Below, one piece after another: positions 26,015-35,932 of a stretch of DNA of 64,000 nucleotides. How positions within the stretch are numbered: the first letter of the stretch is position 1; each line of letters begins with the position of its first letter. Position numbers and translations under genes: made by a program. Origin of the DNA: Minisyncoccota bacterium (GTDB taxonomy: Bacteria > Patescibacteriota > Minisyncoccia > Phycocordibacterales > UBA2100); NCBI GenBank assembly GCA_031291875.1, contig JARLIE010000183.1:65356-129355 (forward strand), read 5' to 3'. A model generated the notes under the pieces. That model was not told the origin of the DNA. It did not search any database and saw only the letters and a program-made list of their open reading frames with translations.

Positions 26015-28510
26015 TCATTCTACGATTTCCGGTTCGACGATTACAACAAAGGATGCCACCGAGTCCCCTTCTCGCAATTTCATGACACGAACGCCCTGCG
26101 TCGCGCGGCCGGATGATCGAATCTCGTCCAAGCCGGTGCGGATCGTCTGAGATTTTTTCGACATCGCGACGAGTTCGCCATTGCCTTGCACAACGGCCGC
26201 GCCCACGAGCTGCTTGGTCTTCGAGGTGATCGACATCGTCTTGATGCCCGAACCGCCGCGGCCCTGCTGTTTGTATTCGCTCAGCGGTGTCTTTTTGCCG
26301 AAGCCGGTCGAGGAGAGAACGAGGAGTTCGGCGTCTTTGGCTGCCTTGGGAATAACGCCGGCGCCGACGATAACGTCGCCGCTGCCGAGTTTCATGCCTC
26401 GCACGCCCGCGGCCTGGCGGCCCATTTCGCGCACGGAATCAGAGAGGAATCGAATCGACTGACCCTTGGAAGTCGTCATGATGACGTCGTCACCCTTGCG
26501 CACGAATTGCGCAGCGATCAACGAATCGCCCTTGTCGAGGCCGATCGCAATCAAACCGGAACGACGAACCTCGTGGAAGTTGCTCGCTGCGACGCGCTTT
26601 ACCGTGCCGTCTTTGGTTGCCATGAACAACGACAAATCTTCAACATCCTTCTTACTTTTGGGCATCGAAAGGATCGACGTGATCTGCTCGCCTTGTTCGA
26701 GAGAGATAAAGTTCATGATCGACTTGCCCTTCGTCGCACGGCGTCCTTCCGGCAATTCGTACATCTTGAGTTGATAGACCTTTCCGCGATCGGAGAAGAA
26801 CAGGAGATCTGCGTGTGCGTTCGCGGTCAAGAATTGTGTGACGAAATCTTCTTCTTTCGTATCGAGATCGACGACGCCGACGCCTCCGCGCTTCTGGCGG
26901 CGGTACTCGCTCGGGTTGGTGCGCTTGATATAGCCGCCTTGCGTAAGCACGAGTACGAATTCGTCGTCCGCGACAAGGTCTTCCGCGTTTAAAATCGTCG
27001 CGCCCTTCTTGACGATCTTGGTGCGGCGCTCGTCGCCGAACTTTTCGGCTACCTCCCTGATTTCCTTCTTGATGAGATCCATGAGCTTCTTTGGGCTCTT
27101 GAGGAGCGCTTCAAGCTCTTCGATCAACGCCTGCACTTCCTTCAATTCATCTTCGATCTTCTTGCGTTCGAGGCCGGAGAGGCGCTGGAGACGCATTTCG
27201 AGAATCGCATTGGCCTGGATTTCTGAGAATTTGAACTTCTGTATCAACTTGGCTCGCGCGTCGTCGGTGTCTTTCGATTTTTTGATGAGCTCGATAATCT
27301 CGTCGATGTGATCGAGCGCTTTCGAGAGACCGAGCAAGATGTGCTCTCGTGCTTTGGCTTTCGCGAGATCGAATTGCGTGCGCTTTGTGACGACAACTTT
27401 GCGGAACTCAACGAAATATTCAAGGAGCGCCTTTAGCGAGAGCGTCTGCGGCACGCCGTCGACGAGCGCGACGACGTTGTAGTGGAAAGCCTCCTCAAGC
27501 TGGGTGTGTTTGTAGAGATAATTGAGAACCGTCTGGGGGTTCGCATTGTTCTTGAGCTCGATTACGACGCGAATATCCTTCGCCGATTCGTCACGGATGT
27601 CGCGGATGCCTTCAAGCTTCTTTTCGTGGACGAGGTCCGCGATCTTGGTAAGGAGGTCCGACTTGTTTACTCGAAACGGAATGGACGTGACGATGATCTG
27701 GTAATCGCCCTTTTTCCCTTCGGTTATTTCGGCATTCCCTCGCACAACGACAGGCCCGCGGCCGGTCGCGTAGGCGTGCGCGATGTCTTTCTGATTGAAC
27801 GCGATGCAGCCCGTCGGGAAATCCGGTCCTTGCACGAATTGCAGCAAATCTTCGGTCGTCGCCTCGGGATTATCAATCAAGTGGATCGCGGCATCGGTGA
27901 CTTCGCGCAAGTTGTGCGGCGGGATGTTGGTCGCCATACCGACCGCGATGCCAAGCGTGCCGTTTAAGAGTAAGTTTGGGATCGCTGCGGGCAAAACACT
28001 CGGTTCTTTTCGGGTGTTGTCGTAGTTGGGAGCAAACGGCACCGTTTCTTTTTCGATGTCGCGAAGCATTTCCCCCGCGAGTCGGCTCATCTTCGCTTCG
28101 GTGTAGCGGTACGCTGCTGCGCCGTCGCCGTCGATCGAACCGAAGTTGCCCTGGCCGATAATGAGCGGGTAGCGCATCGTGAAATCTTGCGCCATTTTGA
28201 CCATCGCGTCGTAGACGGATGCATCGCCGTGCGGGTGGTATTTGCCGAGCACATCGCCGACCACCGTCGCGGACTTTTTCGTCTTTGAGGTGACGTTCAT
28301 ACCAGCCTCATGCATGGCATAGAGAATGCGGCGGTGTACCGGCTTCAAGCCGTCGCGTACGTCCGGCAAAGCGCGAGCCGTGATAACGGACATCGCGTAA
28401 TCGAGATACGATTCTCGCATTTCGGTCGAGATCGAGCGCGAAACAACGTTCACGTGAGGGGTGACAGGGGCTGAATTGTCCTTGTTTTTATCCTCTTTTC
28501 CGCGAGCCAT
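26015..28510 (-). CDS. gyrA: DNA gyrase subunit A
   Basis: [17 protein letters not shown] (catalytic Tyr), GyrA box QKRGGVG, beta-pinwheel repeats. Confidence 0.97.
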   Translation of the reverse strand: MARGKEDKNKDNSAPVTPHVNVVSRSISTEMRESYLDYAMSVITARALPDVRDGLKPVHRRILYAMHEAGMNVTSKTKKSATVVGDVLGKYHPHGDASVYDAMVKMAQDFTMRYPLIIGQGNFGSIDGDGAAAYRYTEAKMSRLAGEMLRDIEKETVPFAPNYDNTRKEPSVLPAAIPNLLLNGTLGIAVGMATNIPPHNLREVTDAAIHLIDNPEATTEDLLQFVQGPDFPTGCIAFNQKDIAHAYATGRGPVVVRGNAEITEGKKGDYQIIVTSIPFRVNKSDLLTKIADLVHEKKLEGIRDIRDESAKDIRVVIELKNNANPQTVLNYLYKHTQLEEAFHYNVVALVDGVPQTLSLKALLEYFVEFRKVVVTKRTQFDLAKAKAREHILLGLSKALDHIDEIIELIKKSKDTDDARAKLIQKFKFSEIQANAILEMRLQRLSGLERKKIEDELKEVQALIEELEALLKSPKKLMDLIKKEIREVAEKFGDERRTKIVKKGATILNAEDLVADDEFVLVLTQGGYIKRTNPSEYRRQKRGGVGVVDLDTKEEDFVTQFLTANAHADLLFFSDRGKVYQLKMYELPEGRRATKGKSIMNFISLEQGEQITSILSMPKSKKDVEDLSLFMATKDGTVKRVAASNFHEVRRSGLIAIGLDKGDSLIAAQFVRKGDDVIMTTSKGQSIRFLSDSVREMGRQAAGVRGMKLGSGDVIVGAGVIPKAAKDAELLVLSSTGFGKKTPLSEYKQQGRGGSGIKTMSITSKTKQLVGAAVVQGNGELVAMSKKSQTIRTGLDEIRSSGRATQGVRVMKLREGDSVASFVVIVEPEIVE

Positions 28511-28572
28511 AGTCGAAGAAGTATATCAAAAATCGCTTCGGAATCCAGCGCTCTTGTCTGCAAATTCCAAAT

Positions 28573-28902
28573 CTACAGGGCAGGCTCAGTCGTCGAGCCG
28601 ACTTCTTCCAACTGGATCGTGCCGGATGTCGATTCAACGAACTGGGTGGTGGATCCGTACGCTTGCTGTAGCTGCTGAGCGCCAGCCGAAAAGGCTGCCT
28701 GAGCTTGCGTAATGCCCGTTGAGCTTGCAACAGCACTTGCCGCACTTTTGAAATTAGGTGCCGGCGTTGTCGAGAGGGTGTGGAAAAAAAAGATGAGCCA
28801 ACCGATCAAAAGTATTCCGGCAACGCCCAGCGCAATCGATGCCGCGATCGCGGTCTTTTCATGCTTGGGCTTCTCGCGCAATTGTTGCAGAGCTTCTCTC
28901 AC
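28573..28902 (-). CDS. Hypothetical single-TM protein
   Basis: LREKPKHEK followed by one TM. Starts immediately after the upstream gene stop. Confidence 0.65.
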   Translation of the reverse strand: MREALQQLREKPKHEKTAIAASIALGVAGILLIGWLIFFFHTLSTTPAPNFKSAASAVASSTGITQAQAAFSAGAQQLQQAYGSTTQFVESTSGTIQLEEVGSTTEPAL

Positions 28903-28903
28903 T

Positions 28904-29524
28904 CTACGATTGTAACACTACGACATCGCCTTCCTTGCCCGCGAGGTCGCGCAATTTGACAGTGAATTTCTCGAGAGGCTTTGATCCTTCGTCTCCTGCT
29001 TCCTTTAGAAATTGTTTGAGCGTTTTGTCGTCGTACAAAATCGGAATAATGACTTTCGGTTCCAGCTTTACCGCAAGCTTTGCTGCATCTGCCGGGTTTA
29101 AGGTTCCCTCGCCGCCGATCGGCATGATCAGAATGTCTGGCGAATCCATTTCAAATACCTCTTTCGGAAGATTCGAATCCTCGAGTGCCCCGAGATACAG
29201 CACCGACATATCATCAAACGTGAGCGAGTAGACGGTATTGATGCGCTCTTCGCCGCCGTATTGCGACTTTGATGGAAAGCCGGCGGCTGTTATCTCTTTC
29301 ACTTCGTATTCGCCCGGACCAAAGATTACGAACGGTTGTTTATCACCGCGGGCGGCTTCTTCTGCACCATTCATATCGGGATTGTTTACCGAGATAAATG
29401 CGACGTCGGCGCCGAAGTTCACCGGTTTGAAGTTTTTGGATTTCTTCGAGACCGGCGAGAACACAATAGTTGTATCGCCTGCTTGTGCGCGGATGCATGC
29501 TCCGTCGTGGAATGTCAAAATCAT
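28904..29524 (-). CDS. Metallo-beta-lactamase-fold protein, metal ligands degenerate
   Basis: GPGEYEVK, NTVY, PDILIMPIGG, LEPKVIIP. The HxHxDH site reads VNNPDM. Confidence 0.75.
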   Translation of the reverse strand: MILTFHDGACIRAQAGDTTIVFSPVSKKSKNFKPVNFGADVAFISVNNPDMNGAEEAARGDKQPFVIFGPGEYEVKEITAAGFPSKSQYGGEERINTVYSLTFDDMSVLYLGALEDSNLPKEVFEMDSPDILIMPIGGEGTLNPADAAKLAVKLEPKVIIPILYDDKTLKQFLKEAGDEGSKPLEKFTVKLRDLAGKEGDVVVLQS

Positions 29525-29561
29525 GGCGTGAAGTATAGCTGTTTTTTGCCAGAGCAGCTAT

Positions 29562-29590
29562 TTGACATAGATGTTTTATGGTCGTACAAT
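29562..29590 (+). promoter_or_regulatory. Sigma70-type promoter
   Basis: TTGACA-17 nt-TACAAT upstream of the ATG at 29619. Confidence 0.7.
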
Positions 29591-29618
29591 ACCAGTAGGT
29601 TCACTTTGGGGTACTCCA

Positions 29619-29930
29619 ATGAATAAACTTGTTAGTTTTCTCTTCCTCGCAAGCGTTTCCTTTGGCATCGGCACTGCTATCTCTTCGTTCGCGGACGCGT
29701 CCAAAGAGATCATCGTCAATCGCGCGCTCAAAACCGATCGGCTGCTGCTACCGAACACAGGGCCGCAATCGGTCGATCGGACGCACAAGAGCGACAAATT
29801 GAAAGTGATCAAGCCTCGATCCATGATCGACAATCGCTGGCGTCCTACCTCAGAAACGGGCCCTTGCCCTACGAAGACGTGGGAACAAGACCCGCTGAAA
29901 CAAACATTTCCCGGGCGTTGCTTCGCCTGA
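29619..29930 (+). CDS. Small secreted hypothetical protein with a duplicated VxRxxKxDxL motif
   Basis: Signal peptide, VNRALKTDRL and VDRTHKSDKL, two C-terminal Cys. Has its own promoter and a terminator hairpin at about 29941..29975. Confidence 0.65.
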   Translation: MNKLVSFLFLASVSFGIGTAISSFADASKEIIVNRALKTDRLLLPNTGPQSVDRTHKSDKLKVIKPRSMIDNRWRPTSETGPCPTKTWEQDPLKQTFPGRCFA

Positions 29931-29977
29931 GAATCACAAGATCCCGGCTGCTTCGCCGGGATCTTTTCTTTTTTTGT

Positions 29978-30481
29978 CTACTGCGTAATCGATCCTTTCT
30001 TGCCTTCGACCTGCTCCTTCAGAAGGTCTCGGATCTCCGAAAGGAGTTTTTCTTGCGTCGAGATCGGTTCGGGAGGTGCCGCCTTCTCCTCCTCCTCTTG
30101 TTCACTCATCATTCTTTTGAAAGCGCCCGCGAAGAGCTTGTACATCAAGAAGATGGAAAGTGCGACAATGAGGAAGTTGATAGTTACCTGGATGAGATGA
30201 CCGTAGCCCACGACAAGCGCCGGTGTCGATGAACCATTCAATGTTTGTTCGGGCCGGATCGTGTACCCCCAATGGCTGAAATCGACGTTATTTGTTCCAA
30301 GCGAAATAAAGGGTGTAATGATGTCATTGACGATGGAGTTGACGACGGCACTGAAGGCGCCGCCGACTACAACTGCGACTGCCAGCTGGGCGGCATTGCC
30401 CCTTGCGGCAAAGGCCCAAAACTCGCTAAAAAAGCCGCCTACCCTGTTCGCAACCCTGCGCTGCGCTTCTTTCGCTGTCAT
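29978..30481 (-). CDS. mscL: Large-conductance mechanosensitive channel
   Basis: FAARGNAAQLAVAVVVGGAFSAVVNSIVNDIITP and LLSEIRDLL. Confidence 0.93.
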   Translation of the reverse strand: MTAKEAQRRVANRVGGFFSEFWAFAARGNAAQLAVAVVVGGAFSAVVNSIVNDIITPFISLGTNNVDFSHWGYTIRPEQTLNGSSTPALVVGYGHLIQVTINFLIVALSIFLMYKLFAGAFKRMMSEQEEEEKAAPPEPISTQEKLLSEIRDLLKEQVEGKKGSITQ

Positions 30482-30722
30482 GAAGCGAATAGTACCACGT
30501 AGGCATGGACGTTTGCATCCCGCTACTCCTTCATATATATTGTGCGTGCCGCTCAGCGGCATTATTGTTTAACGAGCGAGCGAAATGAACACTTGTGTTC
30601 ATTTCCGAGCAAGTGCGAACAATATGAAGGCTTTTAGCCTGAATATTATTACTAATTTCCGGTAACGCTTCCCTGCACGCAGTCACGGTAGAGCAAGCAG
30701 GATAGCCCGGATCTCTATAAAA

Positions 30723-31832
30723 ATGTCTACAGCAGAACTCGAGACGAAAGTCTCTGAAGTGGAAGAAGTGAAGGAGGCTACTGGCCCAATGGCCGAGCTC
30801 CTCAAAACGGCGCCGCACACGCCGATGCTTGACGATGTGGTGGAAGGACCCGTCGTCGCTATCGGTCGCGCAAAGGTCTACATCGACCTTCCCCCGTTCG
30901 GCACCGGCATTATCTACGGTCGCGAGTACCTCTCAGCCCGTGAGACGTTGAAAAACGTCCACCTCGGCGACACGGTAACCGCGAAGGTCGTCGGACTCGA
31001 TAACGAAGAGGGATACATCGAGCTCTCGCTGCGCGAGGCTCGCGCGGCGCTCATGTGGAACGAAGCCGAGGTCGCGATGCAAAAGAAGACGGTATTCGAT
31101 CTTCCGATCGCGGACGCCAACAAGGGCGGTCTTATCGTGCACTGGCAAGGCATTCAGGGTTTCCTCCCTGCTTCGCAACTCGCGCCGGCGCACTACCCGC
31201 GCGTCCCGGACGGCGATAAGGACAAGATCTTCCTCGAGCTCAAGAAGCTCGTCGGTCAGAAACTCGAGATGGTTATTATCACCGCGAGCCCGAAGGAGCA
31301 GAAGCTTATCTTCGGCGAGAAGGGCGCAGGCCAATCGGAACGCTCTTCGCTTGTTGAGAAGTACCATGTCGGCGATGTGCTCGACGGCGTCGTAACCGGC
31401 GCGACCGAGTTCGGCGTCTTCGTCAAATTGGAGGAAGGCCTCGAAGGCTTGGTGCACATTTCAGAAATGGACTGGGCGCTCGTCGAGAATCCAAAGACTC
31501 GCTACAAGGCTGGTGAGAAGGTCAATGTGAAGGTCATCGAGATTAAGGACGACAAGATCTCGCTCTCAATCAAAGCACTCAAAGACGATCCGTGGAAGAC
31601 GGCTGCCGCAAAGTACAAGAAAGACCAGAAGGTCGAGGCCGTTGTCATCAAATACAACAAGCACGGCGCGCTCGCTTCTATCGAAGAGGGTGTGGCGGGA
31701 TTGGTGCACGTTTCCGAATTCGGCAACGAAGACGAACTTCGCCAAAAGCTCGAGCTCGGCAAGGTCTACCCTTTCACGATCACATTCTTCGAACCGAAAG
31801 ATCGTCGCATGACGCTCAAGCCGGTCAACTAA
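30723..31832 (+). CDS. rpsA: 30S ribosomal protein S1 (four S1 domains)
   Basis: Repeated S1 motifs GFLPASQL, EGLVHISEM, GLVHVSE. Confidence 0.92.
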   Translation: MSTAELETKVSEVEEVKEATGPMAELLKTAPHTPMLDDVVEGPVVAIGRAKVYIDLPPFGTGIIYGREYLSARETLKNVHLGDTVTAKVVGLDNEEGYIELSLREARAALMWNEAEVAMQKKTVFDLPIADANKGGLIVHWQGIQGFLPASQLAPAHYPRVPDGDKDKIFLELKKLVGQKLEMVIITASPKEQKLIFGEKGAGQSERSSLVEKYHVGDVLDGVVTGATEFGVFVKLEEGLEGLVHISEMDWALVENPKTRYKAGEKVNVKVIEIKDDKISLSIKALKDDPWKTAAAKYKKDQKVEAVVIKYNKHGALASIEEGVAGLVHVSEFGNEDELRQKLELGKVYPFTITFFEPKDRRMTLKPVN

Positions 31833-31846
31833 CCTCAGTCAATCCA

Positions 31847-31885
31847 AAAACAAAAACCGCGACAATGAGTCGCGGTTTTTGTTTT
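31847..31885. terminator. Bidirectional intrinsic terminator between rpsA and the NUDIX gene
   Basis: AAAACAAAAACCGCGAC-N5-GTCGCGGTTTTTGTTTT. Confidence 0.8.
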
Positions 31886-31926
31886 GTCTTTCCAAACCCC
31901 ACGGGGTCGAACCTTGTCCGCTTGGT

Positions 31927-32382
31927 TTATTCGATTTCGCCGGGGTGCCAACCAAATTCGGCTAGAGCGATGTTGGATTTGTATTTTTCTATCGCAAAAC
32001 GAACCGACGGAACGGTATTTTCAGGCAACGTGTTGAGCGAGAACCACGAAAGATCATCGCACTTTTCTGGTTCGGTATTTTGCGGCTCACCTTCCCATTC
32101 CGATATCACGAAGAAAAAGTCCATATAACTGCGGCCGTTCGAGGTTCGGTGCATGACGTGCACGAACCGCTCCTGTCCCGGTCGCAATTCGATCCCCGTT
32201 TCCTCACGCACCTCGCGTCGCAAAGCCTCGGTGATCGATTCCCCAGCTTCGAGATGTCCGGCCGGCAATCCATAGTTGCCGTCTTGCCAGCCTGTATTGA
32301 ACCTTCGGAGCATCAATAACCGATCGTCTTTGATAAGAAGTCCATATACCGCAGCCCGAAGCGTAAATCGTTCGTCAGCCAT
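31927..32382 (-). CDS. NUDIX hydrolase
   Basis: Nudix box GHLEAGESITEALRREVREETGI. Confidence 0.92.
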   Translation of the reverse strand: MADERFTLRAAVYGLLIKDDRLLMLRRFNTGWQDGNYGLPAGHLEAGESITEALRREVREETGIELRPGQERFVHVMHRTSNGRSYMDFFFVISEWEGEPQNTEPEKCDDLSWFSLNTLPENTVPSVRFAIEKYKSNIALAEFGWHPGEIE

Positions 32383-32383
32383 G

Positions 32384-32980
32384 TCAGTTGCAACGATTCA
32401 TCGCAATCTCGCGACCTTCCGTGACCGTCATTTCTATTGCTTCTGAAACTTTTTTGAAAATCTTCTTGAGCTCGTCGAGTTCGGCAGGCTTGAAGCGCGC
32501 AAGAATGAATGTAACGACTTCCTGCTCGCCGAGAGGTTTCTTTGCCCGGCCATTTTTGCCCTCCGGCGAAACACCGACGCGAATACGAACGAACTTTTTG
32601 GTCTTTATAGAACGAGTGATCGACTCAATCCCCTTGTGTCCGCCCGATCCTCGATCGAAAGAGAGCTTTATTTTGCCTAGCGGAAGGTCCAGATCGTCAT
32701 ACACGACGATCAATCGCTCTGCTGCCTTCTGACTTTTGATAAATTTCGCGACGGAAACGCCGGATTTGTTCATAAAGGTGTCCGGATTTACCAAAACGGC
32801 AAGTGTTTTGCCGATCATGCCGCGATTTACTTGCGCCTTTGCTTTCTTATCCTCTTTCCATTCACTAAATGCGTGCTGCTTTGCGAAAAACTCGAGTGCC
32901 ATACGACCAGTATTGTGTCGCGTGTTCGTAAATTCTTCTCCGGGATTGCCGAGGCCTGCAATAATCCATGTCATTGTCAT
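32384..32980 (-). CDS. pth: Peptidyl-tRNA hydrolase
   Basis: GLGNPG, TRHNTG, TFMNKSG, YDDLDL, GGHKG. Confidence 0.95.
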   Translation of the reverse strand: MTMTWIIAGLGNPGEEFTNTRHNTGRMALEFFAKQHAFSEWKEDKKAKAQVNRGMIGKTLAVLVNPDTFMNKSGVSVAKFIKSQKAAERLIVVYDDLDLPLGKIKLSFDRGSGGHKGIESITRSIKTKKFVRIRVGVSPEGKNGRAKKPLGEQEVVTFILARFKPAELDELKKIFKKVSEAIEMTVTEGREIAMNRCN

Positions 32981-33207
32981 GAATCATAGAACGAAAAAAT
33001 AAAAATGACGAACGGCACGCGTCGAATTTCATTCGAATCGCGAAAATTTGCGATGCACAATCTCTATCACTTTGTGTCAACGCACGGCTCGGGTATAATG
33101 CTTGCACATGAGCTCCGTTAGAAAAGTTTTCGACGGTGCGTTTCTCCGAAAAAGTTCTTTTGCCATGAACATCCGCTCCATTGAGCACGGCAAAAGTCAC
33201 CAGTGAT

Positions 33208-33867
33208 ATGCCAAACGACGGGGTCCCGCAATTTACGCAACCTGTCGGCCGAGAAGGCGGAGAATCGTATCTCGCGCTCGCACTCTATACGATCATTGCA
33301 CTCGGTTTGGCGCTCGTAATTCGCTTTTTTGTCGCTGCTCCCTACGTTGTCGACGGCACTTCAATGCTTCCGACGTTCCAAAACTGGAATTATCTCATCG
33401 TCGATCGTGTTACCTACGACTTTTCGGCTCCCCAACGCGGCGACGTGGTCGTTTTGGCACTACCGGAAGACACTTCGCGCGATCTCATCAAGCGTGTGAT
33501 CGGTTTGCCTGGCGATACAGTGGTCATTTCTGGTACCAAACCGACCATCACCGTCTACAACGAGCAAAATAAGAACGGTTTCGTGATAGACGAGCCGTAT
33601 ATCGACCCTGCCAACTATGGCGGACCAACCAACATCACCGTTACTCTCGGCGCAAACCAGTACTACGTACTCGGCGACAACCGCGACGTCTCAGCCGACT
33701 CGCGCACCTGGGGCGTTTTGCCGCGACAAGACATTGTCGGTCGCGTTTTGCTTCGACTGTATCCGTTCAACGAGATAGGCATCTTTCCGGGCGAAGCGCG
33801 CTACGCGCAACCTGCATCCGCAGGCGCGAGCGTCGCCAGTTCGACCCGATCAGCGACTACAAAATGA
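33208..33867 (+). CDS. lepB: Signal peptidase I
   Basis: GTSMLPT (Ser), LIKRVIGLPGD (Lys), LGDNRDVSADSR. Confidence 0.94.
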   Translation: MPNDGVPQFTQPVGREGGESYLALALYTIIALGLALVIRFFVAAPYVVDGTSMLPTFQNWNYLIVDRVTYDFSAPQRGDVVVLALPEDTSRDLIKRVIGLPGDTVVISGTKPTITVYNEQNKNGFVIDEPYIDPANYGGPTNITVTLGANQYYVLGDNRDVSADSRTWGVLPRQDIVGRVLLRLYPFNEIGIFPGEARYAQPASAGASVASSTRSATTK

Positions 33868-35075
33868 TCCGCTTGCGCGATACGCGTCATGAGAACACCG
33901 CAGCCTTTCTGGGCTCGGCTATCAAGATTGCTGAATATTACGGATTCGTTCCGCTTGAGGACGCTTTGAAGTCCTCGACACAAGCCGGAGCGCGCAAATC
34001 ACTCGTCAATCCAAAGGCAGAGGGCGATATCTCGTTCGCTCGCCGCGAAGAGCGCGCGCTTGCACAAATCGCTCGTCGCTCAGCGCAGTGCATGCGCGGC
34101 GAAACGCCTGAAACCGGCGCACATATGTTCTGGCGCACGACGCCGGGCCAAAGTTCTTTCCCTTCAATCTCGCTCGAGCTGCATGTCGCCGGCGCGCGAG
34201 GCGCGATTGCCGAAGCGCTCCTACTCATCGTCGCCTCGACCATCGCCGAGGAAGCCGGTTTGCCCCGGCCAACGCTTTCGATCAACAACATCGGCTCGAT
34301 GGAATCGTCCAACCGATTCGTGCGCGACGTCGGTACCTATTTGCGCAAGCACTTGGATACGATCTCTCCGACCCTACGCCCCAAGGCCGCAACCGATCCG
34401 CTCGGCACGCTCGTACAATTGATCGAAAAGGGTCACCCTGCCATCGCGCGAGCGCCGCAGGCGATGGAATACCTCACCGAAGATGAACGCCGCCGTTTCT
34501 GGGAGCTCCTTGAATACCTTGAGGTTTCCGGACTCTCGTACGAACTCTCGCCGCACATCCTCGGTAGCCGCGATTGCTGGGCGCATTCACTCTACGAGCT
34601 CTCGACCATGGATAACGAGACGAATTCCCGTATTCCGGTTGCCTTCGGCGGACGCTACGATCCTCTCGCAAGCCGCTTCGGGGGTACCGCAGGCGCCGCC
34701 ACCATCTCGATCACCTGCGAGGTTAAGGGCAAGACTCGCTTTAAGCACGAAACCCCTGGCGTCCCGGCCATTTACTTTGCTCATTTGGGCATTGAGGCTC
34801 GCCGCGCCTCCCTCAAGGCACTCGACGTCCTTCGACGCGCGGAAATCCCCGTCTATCACAGCCTTTGCTACGAAAAGATCGGCGAACAAATGACGCAGGC
34901 CAAGACACTCGCCGCTCCATACGTACTCATCGTGGGCTACAAGGAGGCAATGGACAGCACCGTTATGGTCCGTGAGGTTGCCACGAATTCGCAAGAATCA
35001 ATACCGCTTCCGGAGCTTCCGGGCTACCTCAAACGTCGCCGTGTCGGGAATTGGAAAGGCGGAGTCGCCGCATAA
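33864..35075 (+). CDS. Histidyl-tRNA synthetase paralogue (HisRS/HisZ-like), degenerate catalytic core
   Basis: AEYYGF, FGGRYDPL and a C-terminal anticodon-binding-like domain. The LRPE and motif-2 FRxE sequences are not recognisable. Confidence 0.7.
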   Translation: MIRLRDTRHENTAAFLGSAIKIAEYYGFVPLEDALKSSTQAGARKSLVNPKAEGDISFARREERALAQIARRSAQCMRGETPETGAHMFWRTTPGQSSFPSISLELHVAGARGAIAEALLLIVASTIAEEAGLPRPTLSINNIGSMESSNRFVRDVGTYLRKHLDTISPTLRPKAATDPLGTLVQLIEKGHPAIARAPQAMEYLTEDERRRFWELLEYLEVSGLSYELSPHILGSRDCWAHSLYELSTMDNETNSRIPVAFGGRYDPLASRFGGTAGAATISITCEVKGKTRFKHETPGVPAIYFAHLGIEARRASLKALDVLRRAEIPVYHSLCYEKIGEQMTQAKTLAAPYVLIVGYKEAMDSTVMVREVATNSQESIPLPELPGYLKRRRVGNWKGGVAA

Positions 35076-35115
35076 CCTTGCTCAACTCCTAGGGTTCATG
35101 CTATAGTCCCGCCAC

Positions 35116-35442
35116 ATGGCAATTAATGCAGAAGTACAGAAAAGCGGCAGCGAGAACGTCCTCTCGACCATCCGCAAATTCTCCCGCCGCGTTCAAGGCA
35201 CGGGGCTCGTAAAGAACGCGCGCGCCAACCGTTATTTCGAGCGCCAAAAGTCCAAGACTGTTCAGAAAAAGCGCGCGCTCAAGATGCTCAAGCGCCGCGC
35301 CGACTACCAAAAGGCAGTGAAGGATGGCAAGATCGCGGAAGCCCCGATGCGCGGTCAACGCCCCAACATGGCTCCTCGCCGCGAGAGCGAAGCCCCTCGA
35401 TCACAATCCGGCCTCGGCGACTCAACCCCGATCGCTCGCTAA
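35116..35442 (+). CDS. rpsU: 30S ribosomal protein bS21-like protein with C-terminal extension
   Basis: EVQKSGSENVLSTIRKFSRRVQGTGLV...RYFER..SK..QKKRAL fits the bS21 pattern. Confidence 0.7.
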   Translation: MAINAEVQKSGSENVLSTIRKFSRRVQGTGLVKNARANRYFERQKSKTVQKKRALKMLKRRADYQKAVKDGKIAEAPMRGQRPNMAPRRESEAPRSQSGLGDSTPIAR

Positions 35443-35460
35443 CCCGTAAAAGATTTTTCG

Positions 35461-35880
35461 ATGAAAAATCTCGCGGGGCAGGCACACTCCATTGTTTCGA
35501 TAAAACAAACGACACGCGGCTCACTGCCGCGTTTGCCGTTTGAGGAAATCGCGAAAAGGATTTTAGGTCCGAACTACGAACTCTCTTTGGTGCTGTGCGG
35601 TGATTCGCTCGCGCAACGCATGAATAAGGAATACCGAAGGAAAACCTATAAGCCCAACGTGCTCTCCTTCCCTATCTCAAAGCATGAGGGTGAGATTTTT
35701 CTTAACGTACACTGCGCCGCCCGAGAAGCGAAGAACTACAACGTGAGCTTGCGCAAACACCTCGCGCTTCTGTTCGTGCACGGCTGCTACCACCTCAAAG
35801 GTCTTGATCACGAAAGCGAGCGCGAAGCCAAAAACATGGAGCGCCTCGAAACAAAGACTCTCGAGCGGTTCGGTTTGTAA
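35461..35880 (+). CDS. ybeY: rRNA maturation endoribonuclease YbeY
   Basis: NKEYRRK..PNVLSF, GEIF, HGCYHLKGLDH. Confidence 0.93.
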   Translation: MKNLAGQAHSIVSIKQTTRGSLPRLPFEEIAKRILGPNYELSLVLCGDSLAQRMNKEYRRKTYKPNVLSFPISKHEGEIFLNVHCAAREAKNYNVSLRKHLALLFVHGCYHLKGLDHESEREAKNMERLETKTLERFGL

Positions 35881-35932
35881 TATTTTCCCCATGCGGCATA
35901 GTGTCCGTCAGAAAACCTGATGGAGACTAGGG

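Noticed and set aside
30500-30722. Possible structured rpsA leader or riboswitch
   Set aside because: The long leader is plausible for S1 autoregulation, but I could not support a specific structure or family by eye.
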